In this document: piece after piece, positions 1-8,937 of the stretch | How positions within the stretch are numbered: position 1 is the first letter of the stretch | How the letters are laid out: each line of letters opens with the position of its first letter | Program-made: the position numbers and the translations under genes | Notes under the pieces: generated by a model | The model's input: the letters and a program-made list of their open reading frames with translations, nothing else | Databases searched by the model: none | Told to the model about the DNA's origin: nothing | Source of the DNA: an archaeon | Lineage (GTDB): Archaea; Iainarchaeota; Iainarchaeia; Iainarchaeales; JANQMZ01 | NCBI GenBank assembly: GCA_028279805.1 | Contig: JANQMZ010000007.1 | Span: forward strand, 150,001 to 182,000 | DNA: 32,000 bases | Direction: 5' to 3'

Positions 1-1
1 G

Positions 2-382
2 CCGGGCCCGGGCGAAAACTGTTTAAATCTGGATGCGGATGAAAAAATTTTGAAAAATGAGAATGTAAATGTTTCAGTTGAATGCTTAACGCCTTTAACA
101 GGAAATGATTTGATTAATTTGGTTTTTAAAAATATTTCAGGGCAGATTGTTTTACAGGATTCAGTTTTGTGTAAGGACGATTCAAAAGAATTCGGCCCTT
201 TTGCAAAAACAGGTTCTTATTCTGTTCAGGGTTCAGATTCTCAGAACCGGTGCAATGGCAAAGACTTTTTTTCAGTTATTGATCCTGCTTTAACCGCTGG
301 AATTCCTGAAATTCATCCTGCGTTTGGCTTACTTATAGCATTAAGTGTTTTGTTTATTTTAAGAAGAAAAGCGTTGGAATAA
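2..382 (+). CDS. 3' fragment of a larger secreted/surface protein (5' end upstream of the window), ending in a PGF-CTERM-like sorting tail
   Basis: Frame 2 is open from base 2 (PGPGENCLNLDADEKILKNENV...), so the Met at 50 is internal. The C-terminus ...GIPEIHPAFGLLIALSVLFILRRKALE is P-A-F, a hydrophobic helix, then RRK, which is the layout of archaeosortase PGF-CTERM signals. Confidence 0.6.
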   Translation, partial: PGPGENCLNLDADEKILKNENVNVSVECLTPLTGNDLINLVFKNISGQIVLQDSVLCKDDSKEFGPFAKTGSYSVQGSDSQNRCNGKDFFSVIDPALTAGIPEIHPAFGLLIALSVLFILRRKALE

Positions 383-415
383 GCATTTTAAACGCTTTTG
401 TTATTTTTTAATATC

Positions 416-877
416 ATGCTGGTTGAAGTGGGTTTCAGGAACGGCAAATTTGATGCTTTAGGGGAATCAGTAAAACAAAGCATTATTGAAGATTTGAATA
501 TTAAAACAATTGAAAAAGTTTCATATTCTGAGGGTTTTTTGCTGCCTGAAAGTTTTTCACAAAAACAAGCGGAAGAACTTGCTGTAAAACTTTTTCATGA
601 CCCCATAAACCAGATTTTTTCAGTTAATTCTCCTGTTAAAAAAGACAGCAGTTTTGTCATAACCGTTCAGTATCATTCCAATGTTACTGATAATGTTGGA
701 ATTGCAGCTGAAGAAGGAATAAAGGATTTGGGTTTTGAATTTAAAAAAAATGAACACGTGCGTTCTTTAAAAAAATATTACCTGTACGGCTCTTTATCGG
801 AAAAAGAAGCAGAAGAAATTGCTTCAGGATTGCTTGCAAACAAATTAGTGGAAGAATTTGATGTAAAAAAATGTTAA
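416..877 (+). CDS. purS: FGAM synthase subunit PurS, apparently a tandem PurS-PurS fusion (about twice the usual length)
   Basis: It lies directly upstream of purL and purQ. Both halves show the PurS pattern: half 1 is VEVGFRNGKFDALGESV...AEELAVKLFHDPINQIF, and half 2 is VITVQYHSNVTDNVGIAAEEGIKDLGF...VRSLKKYYL...EAEEIASGLLANKLVEEF. I prefer the ATG at 416 over the TTG at 398 used in the ORF track. Confidence 0.8.
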   Translation: MLVEVGFRNGKFDALGESVKQSIIEDLNIKTIEKVSYSEGFLLPESFSQKQAEELAVKLFHDPINQIFSVNSPVKKDSSFVITVQYHSNVTDNVGIAAEEGIKDLGFEFKKNEHVRSLKKYYLYGSLSEKEAEEIASGLLANKLVEEFDVKKC

Positions 878-887
878 AAGTGTTAAA

Positions 888-3281
888 ATGAATCTGACAG
901 AAAGAAAAGATGTGAAAACAATTCCGATTATTGAAATGAATGACGAACAGTTAATGGATGCAAGCAAAAATTTTTTATTATCATTAAAATTAAATGAAAT
1001 GAAAACAATTCAGGAACATTTTTTAAAACTTGAAAGAAATCCCACTGATGCAGAACTTGAAACTCTTGCACAAACCTGGTCAGAACACTGTAAGCACAAA
1101 GTGTTTAACAGTTCATTTGAATATGTTGAAAACGGTTCCTCCGAAAATATTGAAAATTTGTTTAAGGAAACAATAAAAAAATCAACAAAAGAAATAATGC
1201 AGAAAGAAAACTGGCTTGTATCCGTTTTTGAAGATAATGCGGGAATAATTTCTTTTAATGAAAATTTTGACATCGCATTCAAAGTTGAAACGCATAACCA
1301 TCCGTCCGCACTTGACCCTTATGGGGGAGCAAGCACAGGCGTGGGAGGAGTTGTCAGGGACATTTTAGGTGTTGGTTTGGGTGCGAAACCTTTTGCCAAT
1401 ACTGATGTTTTTTGCTTTGCTTTGCCTGAAACTCCTAAGGAAAAAATACCTAAAGGAATTTTACACCCAAAACGTATTTTTAAAGGGGTTAGGGCCGGAG
1501 TTGCTGATTATGGAAACAGGCTTGGAATTCCGACAGTTAATGGTGCAATTTTTTTTGATCAAAGATATCTGGGTAATCCGCTTGTTTATTGCGGCACTCT
1601 TGGAATAATTCCCAAAGGATTTCATCAGAAATCTCCAAAACAAAACGATTTGATTGTTGCTCTCGGCGCCAGAACAGGAAGGGACGGAATTCATGGTGCC
1701 ACTTTTTCATCAGCAGAATTATCAGATTCAACTGACTCAAGTGCTGTTCAGATAGGAAATCCCATTGAGGAAAAAAAATTTTTAGATGTTTTGTTAAAAG
1801 CAAGAGATTTGAAACTGTATTCAAGCATAACTGATTGCGGTGCGGGAGGTTTTTCTTCCGCAGTTGGTGAAATGGGTGAAGAAACAGGCGCTGAAGTTTT
1901 TCTGGAAAAAGTTCCGCTAAAATATGCCGGCTTAAAGCCCTGGGAAATCTGGTTAAGTGAAAGCCAGGAAAGAATGATTTTATCTGTTCCTGAAAAAAAT
2001 ATTGAAAAATTAAAACAATTGTGTAATGAGGAAAATGTTGAAGCAACTGTTATTGGAAAATTTACGAATGACAAAAAATTAAAAGTGTTTTTTGAAAAAG
2101 ATTTAATTTTAAATCTTGACATGAATTTTTTGCATAAAGGGTTGCCAAAATCAAAATTAAAAGCTGTCTGGAATTCGGAAAAAGAAAAAGCAACACAATT
2201 TTCAGAACCTGAAAACATTTCAGAAATTCTTAAACAAATTTTGTCAATGCATAACATTGCAAGCAAGGAATCAACTGTCAGGTTGTATGACCATGAAGTT
2301 CAGGGAGGCACTTTGCTAAAACCTTTTATGGGTTTAACCGGTGAAGCTCCCGCTGACTCAAGCGTTGTTACTCCTGTTCTGGGTGAAAAAAAAGCTGTTG
2401 CTGTTTCAAATTCTTTAAATCCCTGGTATGGGGACATTGACCCTTACTGGATGGCTTTTTCATGTGTTGATGAAGCTGTAAGAAATATTGTTGCAACCGG
2501 ATGTGAAATTGAAAGAATTGCATTGCTTGACAATTTTTGCTGGGGTTCTCCTGAAAAAGAGGAAAATCTTGGAAAACTGGTCAGAACAGCAAAAGGGTGT
2601 TATTCTGCCTCAAAAGACTTTAATGCTCCCTTTATTTCAGGCAAAGATTCTTTTTACAACGAGTTTTCGGTTAATGGCAAAATTATTTCAGTTCCCGGAA
2701 CTTTGCTGATTAGTGCAATGGCTGTTGTTAAGGATGTGTCAAAAATTTTAAGCCCCGGTTTTAAAAAAGCTGAAAATTTGATTTATTTAACCGGAAACAC
2801 TTTTGAAGAATTGGGAGGATCAGCTTTTGCTCATCTCATAAATGATTCTAATGGAAAAGTTCCGAAAGTTGATTCTGTCAAAGCTTTAAAATCTTATAAT
2901 GCTTTAAGCAAAGCATCTTCTCATGGCTTGGTTAAGGGAATGCATGATTTGAGTGACGGAGGATTAGGTGTTGCCTTAAGTGAAATGTGTTTTGCCAAAA
3001 ATCTTGGAGCAGAAATTGATTTGAAAAAAATTAAAACAGGTGAAAACATTTCAAGAAACGATTTTTTGCTTTTTTCTGAAAGCAATTCACGTTTGTTAGT
3101 TGAAGTTGAAGCGGGAAAAGAAAAAGAATTTGAAAAAATTTTAAAAGGCACAGATTTTTCTTTAATCGGAAAAGTTTCAAAAGAACCTGTTTTAAAAATA
3201 ACCGGGTTGAACGGAAAAAAAATTGTTGACCAAAAAATTGAATTGTTAAAAAATGCATGGAGAAAAACTTTAAAGTGGTAA
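888..3281 (+). CDS. purL: Phosphoribosylformylglycinamidine (FGAM) synthase II, small-type PurL
   Basis: 797 aa. Motifs present are SEHCKHK, VETHNHPSALDPYGGASTGVGGVVRD and DCGAGGFSSAVGEM. The gene sits between purS and purQ. Confidence 0.95.
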   Translation: MNLTERKDVKTIPIIEMNDEQLMDASKNFLLSLKLNEMKTIQEHFLKLERNPTDAELETLAQTWSEHCKHKVFNSSFEYVENGSSENIENLFKETIKKSTKEIMQKENWLVSVFEDNAGIISFNENFDIAFKVETHNHPSALDPYGGASTGVGGVVRDILGVGLGAKPFANTDVFCFALPETPKEKIPKGILHPKRIFKGVRAGVADYGNRLGIPTVNGAIFFDQRYLGNPLVYCGTLGIIPKGFHQKSPKQNDLIVALGARTGRDGIHGATFSSAELSDSTDSSAVQIGNPIEEKKFLDVLLKARDLKLYSSITDCGAGGFSSAVGEMGEETGAEVFLEKVPLKYAGLKPWEIWLSESQERMILSVPEKNIEKLKQLCNEENVEATVIGKFTNDKKLKVFFEKDLILNLDMNFLHKGLPKSKLKAVWNSEKEKATQFSEPENISEILKQILSMHNIASKESTVRLYDHEVQGGTLLKPFMGLTGEAPADSSVVTPVLGEKKAVAVSNSLNPWYGDIDPYWMAFSCVDEAVRNIVATGCEIERIALLDNFCWGSPEKEENLGKLVRTAKGCYSASKDFNAPFISGKDSFYNEFSVNGKIISVPGTLLISAMAVVKDVSKILSPGFKKAENLIYLTGNTFEELGGSAFAHLINDSNGKVPKVDSVKALKSYNALSKASSHGLVKGMHDLSDGGLGVALSEMCFAKNLGAEIDLKKIKTGENISRNDFLLFSESNSRLLVEVEAGKEKEFEKILKGTDFSLIGKVSKEPVLKITGLNGKKIVDQKIELLKNAWRKTLKW

Positions 3282-3282
3282 A

Positions 3283-4053
3283 ATGAATCCAAAAGCAATT
3301 GTTATGAGAACTGCGGGAACAAATTGTGATACCGAACTTGTTTATGCTTTAAAGTTGGCCGGATTTGACACTGATTTGATTCATGTTAATAGTTTTATCA
3401 GCGGAAAAACAAGCCTGGATGATTATGATTTTCTGGGTTTTTCAGGCGGTTTTTCTCATGGTGATTATCTGGGTTCAGGCAAAATTTTTGCAAACAAATT
3501 AAAATATAATCTTGAAAAAAAGGTTCCTCAATTTATTGAAAAAGGTGGGCTTGTTTTGGGAGTGTGCAACGGCTTTCAGATTCTGGTTAAAAGCGGTATT
3601 TTGCCGGGTTTTAATAATGATTATTCGTCTGAACAGTCTGTTACTTTGAGTTTTAATGATTCAGGAAATTTTCAATGTGAATGGATTGAACTCAAAAAAG
3701 AACAAAGCAAAAGTGTTTTCACGCATGGAATTGACATGCTTAGAATGCCTATTGCTCACGGAGAGGGAAAATTTGATCCCGGTTCTGAGGAAATTTTAAA
3801 CAAATTGAAAAAAAATAACCAGATTGTTTTTAAGTATGTGAATAATCCGAACGGTTCTGTTGAAAATATTGCAGGAATTTGTGATGAAACCGGGCGTGTT
3901 TTAGGTTTAATGCCTCACCCTGAAAGAAATGTTCACATTTTTTCAGATCCTTTAAAACTTCTTGAAAAAGAAAACATCAAAGAAAAAAACGGTGCAGGTT
4001 TAAAAATTTTTACAAATGCTCTTTCCTATATTAAATCAGAAAGGAATAAATGA
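3283..4053 (+). CDS. purQ: FGAM synthase I, glutaminase subunit PurQ
   Basis: 256 aa. It has the class-I amidotransferase nucleophile context GVCNGFQIL and a histidine context LGLMPHPER. It starts one base after the purL stop. Confidence 0.95.
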   Translation: MNPKAIVMRTAGTNCDTELVYALKLAGFDTDLIHVNSFISGKTSLDDYDFLGFSGGFSHGDYLGSGKIFANKLKYNLEKKVPQFIEKGGLVLGVCNGFQILVKSGILPGFNNDYSSEQSVTLSFNDSGNFQCEWIELKKEQSKSVFTHGIDMLRMPIAHGEGKFDPGSEEILNKLKKNNQIVFKYVNNPNGSVENIAGICDETGRVLGLMPHPERNVHIFSDPLKLLEKENIKEKNGAGLKIFTNALSYIKSERNK

Positions 4054-4770
4054 ATTGATTCCGTTCAGCAGAATAAAAACAACGCTTCCAAGAACTGCAA
4101 GAATTATGACGTTGAGGATTGGACCCCAGTTAAATGTTTCTCTTATTACAACGTAAGGAACAATTATTGCTGAAATTATAAAAATTATTGCCGCAATTAA
4201 TGCAATTATTACAATGGGGAGAAAAAATTGCCCTGAATAAGAATTGTAAGCATTCCTTAAATCGTTGCTGTTTTTTACATTTAAATTGTTTTCAGAAATA
4301 AGTAAATTTAATCTTTCAGAGTCACGGCTTTCAATTGAATTAATAATATTGATTCCTGTTCGGATTGAAAGGTTTTCATTTTCAACAACATTTATTACTG
4401 TTTTTGTGGACGGGGAAACAAACAAAAGCAAAACTGTTGCCAGAATTGAAACAACAATAAACCCGAACCAAATCAGTGACAAAGCGGATGCAAATCCTTT
4501 AAAGTCATGCCTTACCAGTGTTTCTTTTCTTACAATTTTGTGCCCTGCAAAAAAAACAAAAGACAAGACAAGCCATGTAATTATGCTTTTTAATGCTGAA
4601 AAAATTGTTGTAATAATGTTTGCATTTAATCCGTTTATTAAAAAACTTATAAAGCCAAGAAAGCTTGGAACAATTACAAAAAGCAAGGCAAGTTTGTAAT
4701 CCGGCTTTTCCAAAAATTCCAGAACCGTTTCTTTCGGATGCCTGAAAAAACTTAAACTTGGAATATGCAT
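4036..4770 (-). CDS. Yip1-like multi-pass membrane protein with an Asn-rich extracytoplasmic insert
   Basis: 244 aa with about five hydrophobic helices. The N-terminus FFRHPKETVLEFLEKPDYKLALLFVIV resembles the Yip1/DUF1282 family. Its 3' end overlaps the purQ 3' end convergently by 18 nt. Confidence 0.5.
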   Translation of the reverse strand: MHIPSLSFFRHPKETVLEFLEKPDYKLALLFVIVPSFLGFISFLINGLNANIITTIFSALKSIITWLVLSFVFFAGHKIVRKETLVRHDFKGFASALSLIWFGFIVVSILATVLLLFVSPSTKTVINVVENENLSIRTGINIINSIESRDSERLNLLISENNLNVKNSNDLRNAYNSYSGQFFLPIVIIALIAAIIFIISAIIVPYVVIRETFNWGPILNVIILAVLGSVVFILLNGINSFIPF

Positions 4771-4833
4771 AAATTCACCATTTTTAGCTATTATTGGCTT
4801 TTTTCTTATTTAAATTTAACTAAAAAAAAGCTT

Positions 4834-5229
4834 TTACATGTTTATTTCTTCAAGCTTGAATTTAATTTGCAAACCGTTTGTTACCTGAATGCCCTCAATT
4901 CCTGTTTTTGCATATTCCCCGTTTTCATAAATTGCCCAGTAATGTGTTTGTCCGGCTTCAACACCTGCAATTGATGTGACAAATTTTCCGAAAGAAAATT
5001 CCTGCGTTTCAACACTTGTTAAAGATTCAAGCAATTTTAAAACATTTGATTCTTCTTCTGCATCAACTATTTCTTCAAGCAATGTTTTTCCGTTAGCTTC
5101 AACCAGAAAAAAAACTGTTACAGTTTCAGAATCAGTTTCTGTCTGTTTTTGAATTTGCCCGGTACAACCTGAAATCAGTAACATTGTTGCCAGTAACGGA
5201 ACGAACAGCAACAATTTCCATTTGTTCAT
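4834..5229 (-). CDS. DUF4430-like secreted lipoprotein (transcobalamin-like beta domain)
   Basis: The signal MNKWKLLLFVPLLATMLLISGC has a lipobox-like Cys, and GGAGG lies 9 nt upstream. The C-terminus YWAIYENGEYAKTGIEGIQVTNGLQIKFKL resembles the DUF4430 pattern. Confidence 0.55.
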   Translation of the reverse strand: MNKWKLLLFVPLLATMLLISGCTGQIQKQTETDSETVTVFFLVEANGKTLLEEIVDAEEESNVLKLLESLTSVETQEFSFGKFVTSIAGVEAGQTHYWAIYENGEYAKTGIEGIQVTNGLQIKFKLEEINM

Positions 5230-5815
5230 TTTTTTTATTCCTCCATTTTAACATTGGTGAAAAAATTTTTGCAAAAAAAGCATTTGAAACAATATGTGTT
5301 AAAGAAAAAGGCAAAGAAGTCAGAAAATACATTGGTATTCCTATTAAGCCTGCAAACAAACCTATTCCCATCATACTCCCTGATAAATTCATAACAATTT
5401 CAAAAAATACTGTGCCCAAAACACTTGCAATTATTAAATTAGCTGAATTAATTTTCCTGGTTTTTCCAAAAATTCCTCCCAAAACTCCGCCGCCTGCCGC
5501 GCCAATTGCCTGAAAAACTGTCCATGGTCCCTGTAAACCCCATACAAAAAAATTTGAAACAATGTAAGCAGAAGAACCAAGAGTAAATCCTTCCTTTATT
5601 CCGAAAATCATTCCTGCAATAACTGCCAATGGAATAATCGGTTCAACGCTTGGAATTCCCTGCAATGCAACTCTCCCCAAAACCGCTCCTGAAAATAAAA
5701 CCATAAACGTTGTAAGGTTTTTCATGTCCTGTTTTATTTTTTGTCTTGAAAGCCAGTTTGAAATTTTTTCTTTTTTTTCATCAAGCGGTTTTTGAATTGA
5801 AACAGTTTTTTGCAT
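5132..5815 (-). CDS. ECF-transporter S-component-like integral membrane protein
   Basis: 227 aa with 5-6 Gly-rich hydrophobic helices (VEPIIPLAVIAGMIFG, AIGAAGGGVLGGIFG). It lies upstream of, and overlaps by 98 nt, the DUF4430-like gene, a pairing known for ECF substrate-capture modules. Confidence 0.45.
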   Translation of the reverse strand: MQKTVSIQKPLDEKKEKISNWLSRQKIKQDMKNLTTFMVLFSGAVLGRVALQGIPSVEPIIPLAVIAGMIFGIKEGFTLGSSAYIVSNFFVWGLQGPWTVFQAIGAAGGGVLGGIFGKTRKINSANLIIASVLGTVFFEIVMNLSGSMMGIGLFAGLIGIPMYFLTSLPFSLTHIVSNAFFAKIFSPMLKWRNKKNEQMEIVAVRSVTGNNVTDFRLYRANSKTDRN

Positions 5816-5895
5816 CTTACGATTAATGTTCAGGAATATTTAAACATTGAATAAAAGATAACAATCATTATCCTTAATATAGCATCTTGCAGTGA

Positions 5896-6966
5896 CTATC
5901 TTGTTTTTTGAGCTGAAACAACAGTTTCATATAATTCTTTTGCTTTTTTGTTTTTTTCAAAATGCTCTCTCACAGGCTTTATTAACGTATTTAACTCTGT
6001 TGCAACCATTTTTTTCAAATCAGCCGGATGTAATTTTCCTGAAGAATATGTTTTTTCCAATTCTTCATATGACTGCAATTCCAGGGTTCCTCCGAATTTT
6101 TTGTCTCTTTCAATTGTAACTGAGTTTTTGGATTTGAATATTATTTCTTTTGACCATTCAATCATCGGATTTCCTTCAATTTGTTTTTCCGGGCATAATG
6201 CTTTGTTTATTTTTTTTAAAATTTCTTGTTCGGAATCATGTACAAAAATGCTTGACTCGGGAAAAGATTTTGACATTTTGTTTTCAGCCGCACTCTTCCC
6301 TTCCCTCGGGCCGAACAATCCCAAAAGCATGTGATGATGGACAGCAACAGGTTTTTTTTTGTTTAATTTTGCTGCAACTTCTCTTGCCAGCATGTTTGCT
6401 CTGCGTTGATCCATTCCAAGCTGGCAAATGTCAACGTTTAATTTGAAAACATCTGTAACCTGCATTGCTGGATAAAACAATTGTGCATTTGTAAGTTTTT
6501 CCTGCTGTGTTCTTCCCATTATGTCAATTGCGCGCATGGCTCTCGGCAGTGAAATGTTTGCCCCTACTTTGATAAAAGTGTCCCAGTAATCCACTGAATC
6601 CATTAACTCTGAAGCCCATACAATTTCAATTTTTTTTAAATCAATTCCTGCAGCTTTCCATACCTCAAGAAAATATTTTCCGCATTTTTGAATCAAATCC
6701 ATATTCCTGTTAAGCTTGTTGTTTGCAAATGCATGATAGTCTGCGAGTAAAAGCTTGAATTTTATTCCTGTTTTTAATAATTGTTTTAAATTCATGGGCC
6801 TGTAAACGCCTATTGGCATGTGAGCCAATCCTGAGGGCTCAAATCCGTCGTAAGCTATGGGATGTGAATTTGTTTCAAACAAGTCCTTTAACTCTTCTTC
6901 TGTTATGATTTCTTTGCTCATTTCACGCATTATCTGCATTTTTTTTTCCAAATCCATGAATCTCAC
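5896..6966 (-). CDS. tyrS: Tyrosyl-tRNA synthetase, archaeal type
   Basis: It aligns by eye along its whole length with M. jannaschii TyrRS. Matching blocks are GFEPSG, LLADYHAF, YPAMQVTDV, GMDQRRANMLAREV, KMSKS, CPEKQIEGNPMIE, FGGTLELQSYEELE and LHPADLK. Confidence 0.9.
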   Translation of the reverse strand: MRFMDLEKKMQIMREMSKEIITEEELKDLFETNSHPIAYDGFEPSGLAHMPIGVYRPMNLKQLLKTGIKFKLLLADYHAFANNKLNRNMDLIQKCGKYFLEVWKAAGIDLKKIEIVWASELMDSVDYWDTFIKVGANISLPRAMRAIDIMGRTQQEKLTNAQLFYPAMQVTDVFKLNVDICQLGMDQRRANMLAREVAAKLNKKKPVAVHHHMLLGLFGPREGKSAAENKMSKSFPESSIFVHDSEQEILKKINKALCPEKQIEGNPMIEWSKEIIFKSKNSVTIERDKKFGGTLELQSYEELEKTYSSGKLHPADLKKMVATELNTLIKPVREHFEKNKKAKELYETVVSAQKTR

Positions 6967-7025
6967 TAAAATGGTTTTAAATCAATAGTAGTTTAAGATT
7001 TATATTAATTGTTCTTGGTGTGTTT

Positions 7026-7451
7026 ATGGTTAAAAGCGTGCTTGTTTTTGGCACTTTTGATGTTCTGCATTTGGGTCATGTTTTTTATTTAAATGAAGCA
7101 AAATCTCTTGGAGACAAACTAATTGTTATTGTGGCAAGAGATAAAACCGTTAAAAAATTAAAAAAACAACAGCCTTTAAATTCTGAACAGCAGAGAATGG
7201 ATTTTGTTAAAAAAATTCCCATTGTTGATAAAGTTTTTCTGGGAAAAGATTTTTTTTCAGACAAGTTTGAAATAATTGAAAAAATTAAGCCTCAAATTAT
7301 TGCATTTGGCTACGACCATCCTCATAATGAAAAAGAAATAAAAAAAGAACTTGAAAAAAGAGGATTGAACTGCAAAATTAAAAGAATGAAAGCACATCAT
7401 CCTGAAAAATATAAAAGTTCTAAAATTAAGGAAAAAATTTTTTCAAAATAA
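7026..7451 (+). CDS. ribL: Archaeal FAD synthetase (RibL-like cytidylyltransferase-fold nucleotidyltransferase)
   Basis: VLVFGTFDVLHLGHVFYLNEAKSLGDKLIVIVARDKTVKKLK closely parallels M. jannaschii RibL (GTFDILHPGH...LIVIVARDETVKKLK). I prefer the ATG at 7026 over the GTG at 7020. Confidence 0.7.
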   Translation: MVKSVLVFGTFDVLHLGHVFYLNEAKSLGDKLIVIVARDKTVKKLKKQQPLNSEQQRMDFVKKIPIVDKVFLGKDFFSDKFEIIEKIKPQIIAFGYDHPHNEKEIKKELEKRGLNCKIKRMKAHHPEKYKSSKIKEKIFSK

Positions 7452-7475
7452 AAAAAACAGTGTTTTAATTATTGT

Positions 7476-7988
7476 TTAAACTTCTTCATCTTCAAAATAT
7501 TCTTCTCTTTCTTCTTTTGTTTTAACATCCAAAGCGTCATGACTTCTGTGAGTTTTTTCAACATCTAAAATAAAATTTGAATGAATCATGTCCCTGCCAA
7601 TCAAAATAGGGTAAGACATTCCTGTTCTGTCCGCAACAGTCATCTGCACTTTATGTTTTCTTCCCTTAAATTTTATGATTCCTTTAACAACCGGCCTTCG
7701 AATTGACTTTGTCAACATTGTTTTGCTTTTAACCTGAACTGTTTTTATGATGGGACCCAAGCCTGCTTTTGCAGCTAGTCTCATGTCAACACTTGATCTT
7801 GTTGCTCCGGTGTCAAACAATGCTTTTGATTTTACTGCATCTTTTTGTCCTATTATCCATACTGTTTCAACCAATCCAACCAATTGTTTTCCTCCGAATA
7901 AATCAGTAACCGCTTTTTTTGAAACAGAAAAAATATCAGAAAGCCCTGTTTTTCTTGTTTTTAAGCTTTTTTTATCATTTTGAGCCAT
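7476..7988 (-). CDS. RimB-like retropepsin-fold protease (COG4067 / 'ATP-dependent zinc protease' family) with an acidic C-terminal tail
   Basis: The blocks VGLVETVWI...KALFDTGATRSSVD...RRPVV...VADRTGMSYPILIGRDMI match the family pattern (AKiDTGArTS ... LLGR). The tail is EEREEYFEDEEV. It is divergent from two RimK-like genes. Confidence 0.75.
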   Translation of the reverse strand: MAQNDKKSLKTRKTGLSDIFSVSKKAVTDLFGGKQLVGLVETVWIIGQKDAVKSKALFDTGATRSSVDMRLAAKAGLGPIIKTVQVKSKTMLTKSIRRPVVKGIIKFKGRKHKVQMTVADRTGMSYPILIGRDMIHSNFILDVEKTHRSHDALDVKTKEEREEYFEDEEV

Positions 7989-8093
7989 TAATTAAAGTTT
8001 GTGCAAAAACTATTTAAATTGATTAATGGCAATTACATCATTAAACTTGTTGTTTAACGGCTTTTTTATTTTAAAATTTTTTTAGTGATTTAA

Positions 8094-8933
8094 ATGAATT
8101 TGTTGCTTTTAAGAGTTGAAAAAACCAGAACACAGATAGAATTGCAAAAATCTTTTGAAAAAAAAGGATTTAATGTAAAAACTCTTAATTTGAAAAAATT
8201 AAGTTTGTTGTCTGACAGAAAAAAAACAGAATTAAAAAATGGTGATATAAACTTTGACAAAATTAATGCTGTTTATTTAAGGGCACCTTTGCAGATTAAT
8301 TCTTTTGTTGAACCGTTGCTTGACATTTTTAAAGAAAAAAAAATTTACTGCCAATACAAGCCAAATTCTTATTATAATTCTTCAAATGAAGCGTTACAAT
8401 TTAATGCTTTAAATTTAAACGGAATAAAAATCGCAAAAGTTGTAACATTCGGGGATTCAAACACTATTCAGTCACATGTAAACAAATTTGAATACCCTGT
8501 TTTATTCAAATCTTTTAGAAAACAGCAAAAAAGCCAGACAATTCTGGTTGAATCAGCCCGTTCCTTAAAATCAATTGCCAAAAGCATTCGCTTTAACATT
8601 GATGGGGCAGTAATAAGAGAATTTGTTGAAGGGCCTGTTGAAGACTGTGCGGTTATAGGTGACAAAGTTTTTACAATAAGAAGAAAATGGCTGGGAGATG
8701 AGCCTCAAAAACTTTCAAAAGGCAAGCTTGTAAAACTTTCAAAAACAGAAAAAGAAACAGCGGTTAAAGCAGCACAAGTTTGCGGTTTTGACATTGCAAC
8801 AGTTAAGCTTGCACAAGGCAACGTTTCAAAAGTCCGCCCTGGCATATCTTACCTGACTTTCAGCAAAAAATCAGGGGATTCAATGTTTGACGAGGTTGCA
8901 GATTTTTATTCAAAAAAATTAAATTTTAAGTGA
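8094..8933 (+). CDS. RimK-like ATP-grasp paralog, probably catalytically degenerate
   Basis: 279 aa, collinear with the downstream RimK-like protein (YPVLFKS..., VIREFVEG..., DCAVIGDKVFTIRRKW). It lacks the Gly-rich loop (FRKQQKSQT instead of SGFAGKGV) and the D..E.N metal-ligand block. Confidence 0.6.
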   Translation: MNLLLLRVEKTRTQIELQKSFEKKGFNVKTLNLKKLSLLSDRKKTELKNGDINFDKINAVYLRAPLQINSFVEPLLDIFKEKKIYCQYKPNSYYNSSNEALQFNALNLNGIKIAKVVTFGDSNTIQSHVNKFEYPVLFKSFRKQQKSQTILVESARSLKSIAKSIRFNIDGAVIREFVEGPVEDCAVIGDKVFTIRRKWLGDEPQKLSKGKLVKLSKTEKETAVKAAQVCGFDIATVKLAQGNVSKVRPGISYLTFSKKSGDSMFDEVADFYSKKLNFK

Positions 8934-8937
8934 TATT

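Noticed and set aside
1010-3298. Many antisense or off-frame ORFs inside purL (for example 1010-1282, 1461-1694, 1537-2046, 1748-2266, 2921-3298)
   Set aside because: They are low-complexity, Phe/Lys/Ser-rich shadow ORFs, which are typical of AT-rich DNA. The plus-strand purL frame is unambiguously homologous along its whole length.
5132-5229. The 98-nt overlap as evidence of a frameshifted or fused gene
   Set aside because: The downstream gene has its own GGAGG site and a complete lipoprotein signal, and the upstream protein is complete through its last TM helix. The overlap is more likely a drifted stop codon.
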